This document shows, piece by piece, positions 41,843-54,396 of a DNA stretch of 64,000 nt (the first letter of the stretch is position 1; every line of letters starts with the position of its first letter). The stretch is from the NCBI GenBank assembly GCA_002269645.1, contig NIVC01000741.1, positions 310,001 to 374,000 of the forward strand, read 5' to 3'. The notes under the pieces were generated by a model. The model was not told the DNA's origin. It did no database searches and saw only the letters and a list, made by a program, of their open reading frames with translations. This DNA comes from Macrostomum lignano (lineage: Eukaryota). Made by a program: the position numbers and the translations under genes.

Positions 41843-44800
41843 GGATTTTGGAGTAACTGGGGCGACCTCAATGATGTAGCAGAGAGGATTCTGGAGTAAC
41901 TGGGGCGACCTCAATGATGTAGCAGAGAGGATTCTGGAGTAACTGGGGCGACCTCAATGATGTAGCAGAGAGGATTCTGGAGTAACTGGGGCGACCTCAA
42001 TGATGTAGCAGAGAGGATTCTGGAGTAACTGGGGCGACCTCAATGATGTAGCAGAGAGAATTCTGGAGTAACTGGGGCGACCTCAATGATGTAGCAGAGA
42101 GGATTCTGGAGTAACTGGGGCGACCTCAATGATGTAGCAGAGAGAATTCTGGAGTAACTGGGGCGACCTCAATGATGTAGCAGAGAGGATTCTGGAGTAA
42201 CTGGGGCGACCTCAATGATGTAGCAGAGAGGATTCTGGAGTAACTGGGGAGATCTCCACGATGAGACAGAGGATTCTGGAGTAACTGGGGCGATCTACGT
42301 GATGTGGCGGATAGGATTCTGGAGTAACTGGGGCGACCTCAATGATGTAGCAGAGAGGATTCTGGTGTAACTGGGGAGATCTCCACGATGAGACAGAGGA
42401 TTCTGGAGTAACTGGGGCGACCTCAATGATGTAGCAGAGAGGATTCTGGAGTAACTGGGGCGACCTCAATGATGTAGCAGAGAGGATTCTGGAGTAACTG
42501 GGGAGATCTCCACGATGAGACAGATGATTCTGGAGTAACTGGGGCGATCTACGTGATGTGGCGGAGAGGATTCTGGAGTAGCTGGGGCGACCTCAATGAT
42601 GTAGCAGAGAGGATTCTGGTGTAACTGGGGAGATCTCCACGATGAGACAGAGGATTCTGGAGTAACTGGGGCGACCTCAATGATGTAGCAGAGAGGATTC
42701 TGGTGTAACTGGGGAGATCTCCACGATGAGACAGAGGATTCTGGAGTAACTGGGGCGATCTACGTGATGTGGCGGATAGGATTCTGGAGTAACTGGGGCG
42801 ACCTCAATGATGTAGCAGAGAGGATTCTGGTGTAACTGGGGAGATCTCCACGATGAGACAGAGGATTCTGGAGTAACTGGGGCGACCTCAATGATGTAGC
42901 AGAGAGGATTCTGGAGTAACTGGGGCGATCTACGTGATGTGGCGGATAGGATTCTGGAGTAACTGGGGCGACCTCAATGATGTAGCAGAGAGGATTCTGG
43001 TGTAACTGGGGAGATCTCCACGATGAGACAGAGGATTCTGGAGTAACTGGGGCGACCTCAATGATGTAGCAGAGAGGATTCTGGAGTAGCTGGGGCGACC
43101 TCAATGATGCAGCAGAGAGGATTCTGGTGTAACTGGGGAGATCTCCACGATGAGACAGAGGATTCTGGAGTAACTGGGGCGACCTCAATGATGTAGCAGA
43201 GAGGATTCTGGAGTAACTGGGGCGACCTCAATGATGTAGCAGAGAGAATTCTGGAGTAACTGGGGCGACCTCAATGATGTAGCAGAGAGGATTCTGGAGT
43301 AACTGGGGCGACCTCAATGATGTAGCAGAGATGATTCTGGAGTAACTGGGGAGATCTCCACGATGAGACAGAGGATTCTGGAGTAACTGGGGCGATCTAC
43401 GTGATGTGGCGGATAGGATTCTGGAGTAACTGGGGCGACCTCAATGATGTAGCAGAGAGGATTCTGGTGTAACTGGGGAGATCTCCACGATGAGACAGAG
43501 GATTCTGGAGTAACTGGGGCGACCTCAATGATGTAGCAGAGAGGATTCTGGAGTAACTGGGGCGACCTCAATGATGTAGCAGAGAGGATTCTGGAGTAAC
43601 TGGGGAGATCTCCACGATGAGACAGATGATTCTGGAGTAACTGGGGCGATCTACGTGATGTGGCGGAGAGGATTCTGGAGTAGCTGGGGCGACCTCAATG
43701 ATGTAGCAGAGAGGATTCTGGTGTAACTGGGGAGATCTCCACGATGAGACAGAGGATTCTGGAGTAACTGGGGCGACCTCAATGATGTAGCAGAGAGGAT
43801 TCTGGTGTAACTGGGGAGATCTCCACGATGAGACAGAGGATTCTGGAGTAACTGGGGCGATCTACGTGATGTGGCGGATAGGATTCTGGAGTAACTGGGG
43901 CGACCTCAATGATGTAGCAGAGAGGATTCTGGTGTAACTGGGGAGATCTCCACGATGAGACAGAGGATTCTGGAGTAACTGGGGCGACCTCAATGATGTA
44001 GCAGAGAGGATTCTGGAGTAACTGGGGCGATCTACGTGATGTGGCGGATAGGATTCTGGAGTAACTGGGGCGACCTCAATGATGTAGCAGAGAGGATTCT
44101 GGTGTAACTGGGGAGATCTCCACGATGAGACAGAGGATTCTGGAGTAACTGGGGCGACCTCAATGATGTAGCAGAGAGGATTCTGGAGTAGCTGGGGCGA
44201 CCTCAATGATGCAGCAGAGAGGATTCTGGTGTAACTGGGGAGATCTCCACGATGAGACAGAGGATTCTGGAGTAACTGGGGCGACCTCAATGATGTAGCA
44301 GAGAGGATTCTGGAGTAACTGGGGCGACCTCAATGATGTAGCAGAGAGAATTCTGGAGTAACTGGGGCGACCTCAATGATGTAGCAGAGAGGATTCTGGA
44401 GTAACTGGGGCGACCTCAATGATGTAGCAGAGATGATTCTGGAGTAACTGGGGAGATCTCCACGATGAGACAGAGGATTCTGGAGTAACTGGGGCGATCT
44501 ACGTGATGTGGCGGATAGGATTCTGGAGTAACTGGGGCGACCTCAATGATGTAGCAGAGAGGATTCTGGTGTAACTGGGGAGATCTCCACGATGAGACAG
44601 AGGATTCTGGAGTAACTGGGGCGACCTCAATGATGTAGCAGAGAGGATTCTGGAGTAACTGGGGCGACCTCAATGATGTAGCAGAGAGGATTCTGGAGTA
44701 ACTGGGGAGATCTCCACGATGAGACAGATGATTCTGGAGTAACTGGGGCGATCTACGTGATGTGGCGGAGAGGATTCTGGAGTAGCTGGGGCGACCTCAA

Positions 44801-46925
44801 TGATGTAGCAGAGAGGATTCTGGTGTAACTGGGGAGATCTCCACGATGAGACAGAGGATTCTGGAGTAACTGGGGCGACCTCAATGATGTAGCAGAGAGG
44901 ATTCTGGTGTAACTGGGGAGATCTCCACGATGAGACAGAGGATTCTGGAGTAACTGGGGCGATCTACGTGATGTGGCGGATAGGATTCTGGAGTAACTGG
45001 GGCGACCTCAATGATGTAGCAGAGAGGATTCTGGTGTAACTGGGGAGATCTCCACGATGAGACAGAGGATTCTGGAGTAACTGGGGCGACCTCAATGATG
45101 TAGCAGAGAGGATTCTGGAGTAACTGGGGCGATCTACGTGATGTGGCGGATAGGATTCTGGAGTAACTGGGGCGACCTCAATGATGTAGCAGAGAGGATT
45201 CTGGTGTAACTGGGGAGATCTCCACGATGAGACAGAGGATTCTGGAGTAACTGGGGCGACCTCAATGATGTAGCAGAGAGGATTCTGGAGTAGCTGGGGC
45301 GACCTCAATGATGCAGCAGAGAGGATTCTGGTGTAACTGGGGAGATCTCCACGATGAGACAGAGGATTCTGGAGTAACTGGGGCGACCTCAATGATGTAG
45401 CAGAGAGGATTCTGGAGTAACTGGGGCGACCTCAATGATGTAGCAGAGAGGATTCTGGTGTAACTGGGGAGATCTCCACGATGAGACAGATGATTCTGGA
45501 GTAACTGGGGCGATCTACGTGATGTGGCGGAGAGGATTCTGGAGTAGCTGGGGCGACCTCAATGATGTAGCAGAGAGGATTCTGGTGTAACTGGGGAGAT
45601 CTCCACGATGAGACAGAGGATTCTGGAGTAACTGGGGCGACCTCAATGATGTAGCAGAGAGGATTCTGGTGTAACTAGGGAGATCTCCACGATGAGACAG
45701 ATGATTCTGGAGTAACTGGGGCGATCTACGTGATGTGGCGGAGAGGATTCTGGAGTAGCTGGGGCGACCTCAATGATGTAGCAGAGAGGATTCTGGTGTA
45801 ACTAAGGAGATCTCCACGATGAGACAGATGATTCTGGAGTAACTGGGGCGACCTCAATGATGTAGCAGAGAGGATTCTGGTGTAACTGGGGAGATCTCCA
45901 CGATGAGACAGAGGATTCTGGAGTAACTGGGGCTACCTCAATGATGTAGCAGAGAGGATTCTGGCGTAACTGGGGCGACCTCAATGATGTAGCAGAGAGG
46001 ATTCTGATGTAACTGGGGAGATCTCCACGATGAGACAGAGGATTCTGGAGTAACTGGGGCGATCTACGTGATGTGGCGGATAGGATTCTGGAGTAACTGG
46101 GGCGACCTCAATGATGTAGCAGAGAGGATTCTGGTGTAACTGGGGAGATCTCCACGATGAGACAGAGGATTCTGGAGTAACTGGGGCGACCTCAATGATG
46201 TAGCAGAGAGGATTCTGGAGTAACTGGGGCGATCTACGTGATGTGGCGGATAGGATTCTGGAGTAACTGGGGCGACCTCAATGATGTAGCAGAGAGGATT
46301 CTGGTGTAACTGGGGAGATCTCCACGATGAGACAGATGATTCTGGAGTAACTGGGGCGATCTACGTGATGTGGCGGAGAGGATTCTGGAGTAGCTGGGGC
46401 GACCTCAATGATGTAGCAGAGAGGATTCTGGTGTAACTGGGGAGATCTCCACGATGAGACAGAGGATTCTGGAGTAACTGGGGCGACCTCAATGATGTAG
46501 CAGAGAGGATTCTGGTGTAACTAGGGAGATCTCCACGATGAGACAGATGATTCTGGAGTAACTGGGGCGATCTACGTGATGTGGCGGAGAGGATTCTGGA
46601 GTAGCTGGGGCGACCTCAATGATGTAGCAGAGAGGATTCTGGTGTAACTAGGGAGATCTCCACGATGAGACAGATGATTCTGGAGTAACTGGGGCGATCT
46701 ACGTGATGTGGCGGAGAGGATTCTGGAGTAACTGGGGCGACCTCAATGATGTAGCAGAGAGGATTCTGGAGTAGCTGGGGCGACCTCAATGATGCAGCAG
46801 AGAGGATTCTGGTGTAACTGGGGAGATCTCCACGATGAGACAGAGGATTCTGGAGTAACTGGCGCGATCTACGTGATATGGCGGAGAGGATTCTGGAGTA
46901 ACTGGGGCGATCTCCGTGATGTGGG
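41843..46925. repeat. 5-kb complex tandem array of 43/41-bp subunits with a 1102-bp higher-order period
   Basis: Constant GGATTCTGG(A/T)GTAACTGGGG plus three variable tails. Identical ORFs recur at 42212/43314/44416 and 42760/43862/44964 (spacing 1102). Confidence 0.95.
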
Positions 46926-47249
46926 ATTTGAGCAGAAAGCGGTTCTGTCACAAGCGCAGCAGGCAGCATTCGCCAGAGCGCTTAAATCGTTACTGTTTGG
47001 CCCCTGAAGTAGGCAAAGGGTAGCGGCAGCCAGTCAAAGTGTAATTATGCCTAGCGAATAGAGACCAGAGTTTATCTCGGGCAGTGTTTTACAGCAGGGG
47101 GCGCGTACGCTATTAGAGAAAAAAAATAATTTACAGAGCGAACGGAACAGAATGATTACGCAACTGAAAGTAGATCTAAGGAACACAACTATGTAACAAG
47201 TAGAAAGCCTTCATTCGCGCATGCAGTTGAACCTTTGCAACTCTGCAAA

Positions 47250-48942
47250 TCAAGTACCAATAGTGGTTTGAATAGCCCGTACGTACTGGCAGGGCACCCA
47301 GTACAGCCAGTACATGGACTGCTCTGTGGTGCCCAGCTGCAGTCCGACAATGTGGTGCGCCTCCTGGCCTTCGATGGGCTCGCTGACTATCCGCTTGATT
47401 GACGACATCGGGATCTTGTTGGTGCGCTCCTTAGTTCCGATCCACAGCTGGTCGATTTCCAGCTTGAATGTCAGGCGAACCTGCGGGCAGGCAGGCGGAT
47501 GCTGGCGATTCTCGTGTTGGTGGGGGCGACTCTCATGTTTGGGGGGGGGGGCGATTCTCGTGTTGGTGGGGGCGACTCTCATGTTTGGGGGGGCGATTCT
47601 CGTGTTGGTGGGGGCGACTCTCATGTTTGGGGGGCGATTCTCGTGTTGGTGGGGCGATTCTCATGTTTGGGGGGGGGGGGCGATTCTCATGTTTGAGGGG
47701 GCGATTCTCGTGTTGGTGGGGGCGACTCTCATGTTTGGGGGGGGGCGATTCTCGTGTTGGTGGGGGCGACTCTCATGTTTGGGGGGGGCGATTCTCGTGT
47801 TGGTGGGGGCGACTCTCATGTTTGGGGGGGCGATTCTCGTGTTGGTGGGGGCGATTCTCATGTTTGGGGGGGGGGCGATTCTCATGTTTGAGGGGGCGAT
47901 TCTCGTGTTGGTGGGGGCGATTCTCGTGTTGGTGTGGGCGATTCTCGTGTTGGTGGGGGCGATTCTCATGTTTGGGGGGGGGCGATTCTCATGTTTGGGG
48001 AGGGCATTCTCAGCATGGGGGGCATATTCATTTGGGGGGGAATTCTCATGTTTAGGGGGCGATTTTCATGTTTGGGGGGATTTTTATGTTTGGGAGGCGA
48101 TTCTTATGTTTGGGGGGGGGGGGTGTGATTCTCATTTTGAAGGGGCAATTATCATGCTGGTGGGACAACTCCAGTCTTAGTTGCAGTTCAGGTCAAACGG
48201 CCCCAAATACCTTGGCACCCTGTCGATTGTACATGCCACTAAGCGGGGCCGGGGGCAGCGGCAAGTTGGCATTGAGAATTCCGGGCGTCAGGTCGTCCGG
48301 CCGGCCGTACTTGTCCAGCACTCGGCGGTGCAGGTCGCGCTGCGACAGACGAACCGCGCCAGCGCCATCTGAGTTGCCTGGATTGTTCGCTTTCGACCTG
48401 CGGACAAACGTTTGAGCGAAATTGCTCACCCGGACACAGACATCCCATCTCGGCCAGACCACAAGCAGACACCCCACCTCACACACGAGCTGAATCGCCT
48501 TATTCGCCTACCTGGCATCAGCCGCTTCGCCAGCCGCGTCCTGACGCCGTACCGACGCCAAGCTGTCCGGCGTGCTGCCCACGAGCATCAGCTTGGCACC
48601 GTCGCCGACCCCGAGCTCACTGAGTCGCCGATCGTCATGGCAGAGGCCTCTGAACATGAGCTTCTGCATGTCAACCGGAACGCCAGTCAATTCCTGAAGC
48701 TGCCGTTTCAGAGAGATGACCTTAGCCGAGACCGGCAAGGTCAGGTCAATCTTGCGCTTATTGAAGATGACCTTCAGTGACACTGGTGAGGAGTCTGCAT
48801 CCGCTTCCAGTTCCGGTTCTGCGGCCGCTTCTTCTGCTGCCTCTTGAGTCGCTGATGAGCCCTCTGGTGCTGCCTCATCGCCATCTGCACAGATGGAAGT
48901 CTGCGGCTGCATCTCAGCAACTGTCGTGTGGTCTTCGCTCAT
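47250..48942 (-). CDS. UBFD1: Ubiquitin domain-containing protein UBFD1; exons 48942-48512, 48397-48211, 47480-47250, ~282 aa
   Basis: UBL domain LKVIFNK..MQKLMFRG..GAKLMLVGS; HRRVLDKYGRPDD; PLSGMYNRQGAK|VRLTFKLEIDQLWIGTKERTNKIPMSSIK..YWLYWVPCQYV. Confidence 0.93.
47505..48130 (-). repeat. G-rich compound minisatellite in UBFD1 intron 2
   Basis: Alternating ggggcgattctc-gtgttggtg and ggggcga(t/c)tctc-atgtttg units with variable G runs. Confidence 0.92.
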
Positions 48943-50459
48943 AGCTCTAGGTAACAGAAAAGTCAGAATTCAAATGTAATAGCCCACCCCAGCAATTTTG
49001 AGAAAGGCTACATATTGGAAAAAGAAAAAGGAACACTCAACTCAACATTTAAAAAACTATTATGAAGATTATTAGTCTATTTTTTATTTTACAAGCTCAA
49101 AGACCTGATACAGATTTTTATATTTTTTCATTTTCATTATCAATAAGTCCTTAAAATTTAACAAATGGCATCCCAACTGAGATTTAAAAATTCAAAATTC
49201 AAAACTAGGCAATACTACCAGTTGAAAAATGAAATTAGTGTTTATACAAATTCATACATTGGCAAGAGCTTTGGCCCAAAACAAAAACATCACAAGGGAT
49301 TCAATAAACTGTTCCACTTTATAGACAAAATATCTAGACTTATTTTTGATATTATTTGAGTAAAAAATAGACAAAGTGAAAGTTTAAAGTCTTGAAATGA
49401 GCAATATAGCTGTGATCATGCTATATTAATTGAGTTTTTCTCTTTATATCTAAAGCTGAGTGGACTGGTCGATCGACCAGGTTTAACGCATATGTCCTCT
49501 TAGATGGCTGCCAACTCAAATGCGGGACTTATATATATCAATGCAGAATTTTCCTATGCAACAAATAGGCTATTTTAATGTTGAATTTTTTAAATTAGGT
49601 AGGGTTGCTTGCTTAACAACAATTAAGTAGAGAAAACTCAAAATCAACATTTTAGTTCTGCCAATGCATTTTGACCACAATTGGTCATCTTCAAGGCAGA
49701 CGCGTCAATTAATCACACAGAACCAAGTTATATATTTTATTTAAGAAATGAAGACTGTACAATGCCATGTGCAAATCAATTTTAGTCTAGTCCAGTTAAC
49801 AAGAGAAAGAAAACCTAAATAAAGTTAACGAGACTGCCAATGTAGCTAAAACACATTGAGTTGGTAGCTTGCATCCCCCCATGGCTAACTGGCTGTTCCA
49901 ATTTGGTTTCTGAGTAATTTTTTAAATTAAGTCTGTTAAAAAGCAGAAAACTGGTTTGTTAACCTTCTTTGGCCACTTTTCCTGCTCTGAACTGAAAATT
50001 TGCAACAATTTTGAGCAATTGCGCCACAACTTTTTCCTATCTTGGCAGTGCATTTTTTCTCCAGTAGGGGTTTTGAGGAGTTCTAAATGGCTGCATTTGT
50101 ACACTTGGACCCTTGCTAACTGGTGAAAAGTAAAATTCAATGCATAAACTTGCAAGCCTCTCACTGTAGCAAGCAGTGAATGTACACTAAAAAAAATTCA
50201 GTGCTTTAAACTGGGAAGTTCAAATGCAAACTGTTCCTTGAGTTTTAAACTTTCAAAGAAAAGACTTATATTGCTAGAAAGATCTTTCAATGGTGAGTTT
50301 GGGAAAATAAGTTTTTTTGCTTTAAGTATGAAAAATAAAAGCACAGCATTCAAAAAAATGATTTCCATACTTTTAACTTTCTACAAAGATTGTACTCATT
50401 TTGGGGTTGAATGGGGTTTCAACTGACCCCCACCAGTTGGGGGTTTCAATTTTTAATTG

Positions 50460-51005
50460 CTATTTGATTGGCTAAACTAGAGAAATTTGTACTAGAGTGA
50501 CCATAGTCACCTGGTGTCATCTGTTGAAAGAGCCAACAGTGTTGGGGTAATGACAAAATGCTTGAAAGACTAGCTGAGGATGTCCAACAGTTGAAGCCAC
50601 TGTCATCAACCCACTGTCAAGGCTTGATTGGCAAAACTATAGAAATTTGTATCAGGGTACTCATACAATAGTCACCTGGTATCATCTATTAAAGGAACCA
50701 ACAGTGTTGGGGTAATGATGGAATGCTTATGCTCAAAAGACTAGCTGAGGATACCTAGTAGTTGAGGTTTGCCTACTATTGAGGCTTGATTAGCTAAACT
50801 AGAAAAATTCTTACCAGTGTCTATAGTTACCCAGTGTCATCTATTAAAGGAACCAACAATGTCAGGATAATGATAGAATACTCATGCTCAAGAGACTAGC
50901 TGAGGATACTTAACAGTTGAGGTTTGCCCACTATCAAGGCTTGATTGGCAAAACTAAAGAAATTCGAATTAGGGTGTCTATAGGCACTTGGTACCACCTG
51001 ATAAA
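50460..51005. repeat. Old degenerate ~160-bp tandem repeat (3-4 copies)
   Basis: The blocks aaactagagaaatt / atagtcacctgg / ccaacagtgt / gactagctgaggat recur near 50475, 50635, 50797 and 50952. Confidence 0.75.
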
Positions 51006-51271
51006 GGTCTAGAAGCTCTACTTAGGTAAAGGCTACTGACCAACAAAGTCAATGCTGATGCAGACACATTATCAATGTGCTGATAAAATTTGGAGGCTTG
51101 GCAAGGCTATACTGAGACATAGTGCTGATTGGCACACTGGGGTATATTGACTACACTAGTACGTGTTTATAGGAAAATCTAACTTGGCAGAATTGTTGAA
51201 TATCTCAACAGTCTAGATGGCTGGCAACTTGATTCTTGTTTGAGAAGGTATATAACAAAAAGTTAGCCTAA

Positions 51272-52046
51272 GGCTCATTCCATATTTAAGATGGACATTT
51301 TTGGAAAATAGAAAAAAGTCAATATTTTTGCTTGCCATTGCCTTATCAGCCAATTTTTTTACCAAATGTTTTTTATGTGTAATATCTACAATCTAAGAAT
51401 AAATGAATGATAAAATGTTAGATTAGTATGCTATCAAGTGGCAAAAAGTCATTTTTGTAAAAATATAGACATTTTTCTAAGCAAAAGACATCATTAAGTT
51501 TGTGTACCTTTTAAAAACAAATAGAAAGCTTTGGAAGGTTGAAACAAACTGTAGATAAAAGTATAATACTTGCATCATCAGATAAAAGTATTGGTGACCA
51601 AATAATCTATTATATTTTTAATATATTGGTACCTCAAAGTTACTGAATTGACAGAAAAAAATATGTTACGACCATAAGGCTGCCTTTTCTTTTGTATCTT
51701 TGTTGCCTTTTTGAGTTTATATATTCTACAAAAAGAGTATGATTACTAAAGATGTTCTGAGTCAAATTTAAAAAAATGTATTGCAAAATATCAAAAATAA
51801 AAATGTTATAAGACTTTTACCTTTTAGTTTCTATATGTCAAAAATCCTGTTGTTACGACCATAAGTGCCATTCAAGGTTTAATAGCATCTATACTAATGA
51901 TGATATCTACATGAAACTCTATAAAAATATTTTTGACAAAATTATCTTTCATTTAAAATATTGGTTTAGTAAATTCTATTATTATATTTCATTTTATAAG
52001 TAAAAATAGCCTGTCATGTTACGACCATGCTTATATGGAATGAGCC
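51272..52046. mobile_element. MITE, GGCTCATTCC-TIR family (copy 3), 4-bp TSD CTAA
   Basis: TIR GGCTCATTCCATAT; ctaa at 51268-71 and 52047-50; near-identical reverse complement of 12503-13290. Confidence 0.9.
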
Positions 52047-52716
52047 CTAAGTTCTTTGTGTGCCTGCATTGCTCCAGTATGGTGCAGCAAATATTGTCAA
52101 GGAAGGGAGAAATTTTTCCACTTTTTGGTAGTTTGACAGGCAGAAAAATGGCTTGGTATTCCTATTGTTAATATGTACTAGTAGCAAAGTTGTTTGTTAT
52201 AGCCAATTGCTACTTTAAAACTAGTTGTACTTCCACAAATGGCACAATCCAACTTGAGATTATTGGTTGTCTAGCCATCCAGAGAGTAGGGGTCTAAAAG
52301 CAGAAAAGTAAGCAATGGCTTGACTTGAATTCTAGTATTGATAGCTTAGGAGCCAATTTTTTCAATCTCAAATATATCTCCCTTTAAAGGTTGCCCATGT
52401 CATTTTAGCTTTTTGACCATAGACCTATTTAAAAAATTCTTGATACATCAACAAACAAATTAAAATGCTATAAAGACTTGTTGTCCTAAATAAAATTACC
52501 CAGTAGTACCTTCAGGCCAGACTTTGGAAGGTTATATGCCAGAAAATTCTAACATACAAATGACCCCTTTCAAAGTTAGCATAGGCCTACAAATTTTAGC
52601 ATACAAGTTCATGCAATTTGTTGGCATAAAAATTTTGTTACCAAAATGGCTATTACCAAAATGGCTATTATTGAAGTTGATTATATTCCATTGCTCCTAC
52701 CCCTGGCATTTTGCAA

Positions 52717-53380
52717 GGTGCGCGGCCATTTCGTCTGCCGCCTTTTTGTCTGCCGGCAGACGAAATGACTTTTTAAAATAAGTAACAAAATAAGTTTTAT
52801 AAATGGCTGAAATTAATTTATAGCTTATTTTTAATACTTATAATTTACTAGTAATTTTCAGATTTAGAATTAGATGTAGTCTTTGTATTTTTTATTTTGC
52901 TTATCGCAATGTTTCCAAGAAATACAATTATTTGTATAATATAAGCTTTAATTAAATCTACGTAGTGAGCTGTGAATGGGATTTATAATTTGTGCACGTG
53001 TAACTTACTTATAATAAGTAAAATAATTCCAACTCGACTAATTGCTTTTGAGCTTTGAAGCTTTGAGACGGTTAAGAGATAGTATGGCGTCTGGGCCATA
53101 TCATGACGAAAATGCATTGAATTCGTTCAATCGCGTAGTTTAATAAATATAAACAAAAATATTCAGAAATTACTCGTTTAAGTCATTACTACTAAGAAAT
53201 GATCCCGATATCTTAATCACTGTTATCTTAAATATCTTAAATCTAAAATTAATGACAACAACTGACATGTGTACAATTATTAAAACTTTACTATTCGTTG
53301 GCGGACGAAACGACTGTATCGTTTTCTTGCAGACGAAATGGTGGCAGACAAACTGGCGGCAGACGAAATGACCGTCAACC
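52717..53380. mobile_element. MITE with GGT..ACC ends and an 8-bp TSD TTTTGCAA
   Basis: Imperfect TIR ggtgcgcggccatttcgtctgccgcc versus ggttgacggtcatttcgtctgccgcc; TSD at 52709-16 and 53381-88. Confidence 0.85.
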
Positions 53381-54396
53381 TTTTGCAATTAGTACTTTCA
53401 AAACAAAACAATGTCAAAACAATATCTCATTTTATCCTTTGCTTTTCTTGTGGCCTTGCATATACTTTTAGAATTTTTTGTTAAAAAGATGGTTATCCAA
53501 GAGCTAAAGCCCTTCCCACCCCTCCCTTTACACTGCCACTGCTGGCATACATTTAGATTTAGCTAAGATAAGATTCTTGTTCTGGTAAACACTACTATAC
53601 TATTTGGACCCTGGCCCTCAGGCCTTAGGCCTTGTATAGTTATAAGTTGTATTGTGATATAGATCTGGCAATTGATATCTATATAAAAGCAGGCCTATAA
53701 CAAACAACTTTGTTCCCAATACATATTAAACAATAAACTATTAAGCCTATAATTTCAATTTGTTCACTTGTTTCATAATTTTGGACATTAAAAATAGAAA
53801 AGAAATTTGAATTCAAGTGAAAAAATAATTTAACAAATGATTCAATAGGATACTATAGCCTATAAGACATGTCTAAGTGAAATTTAAAACTAGGGGCCTA
53901 ACATTTGTTATTCAACATAGTTAGGCTAGGGCCTATACTTATAATATAGTATTACCAAGTCATGGCACCCTCACTATCAAAGTACTTAGGCCTAGGCCCC
54001 TAGCCTATTATTTAGTAGGCCTAAGTAACTACTGACATTATAAGGGCTAATTAAAAATTAAGCTGCCTTATGCTTTTACCTATACCTAGTCCTAGGCCTA
54101 CTTATTACTATAGTTATATAGTATTATATTAGGCTAGGCCTATTATTATGATCTACAGATTATTTAGTCTTAGGGCCTAACTCTTATTAACAGAAAATAT
54201 TAAATAAGAAATTAACACTGCGACTGCTGCAGGAAAAATTGTTGGCACTTATTGGAATAGGCATAAATTTAGAGACGAAAAAGAACTGACTTAACAGTCA
54301 TTGGATGATAAAATGGATGCTTGTCACTTCTTTAACTGGTTTGTTGAACAGACCAAAGTGCTAGTTGGGCCTAATGGAATGGGTGGTTCAAAAAGT

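Noticed and set aside
41843-46925. CRISPR-like pattern (constant ~20-bp repeat plus 21-23-bp variable part)
   Set aside because: Only three related 'spacer' types recur, there are no cas genes, and the context is eukaryotic. It is a higher-order satellite.
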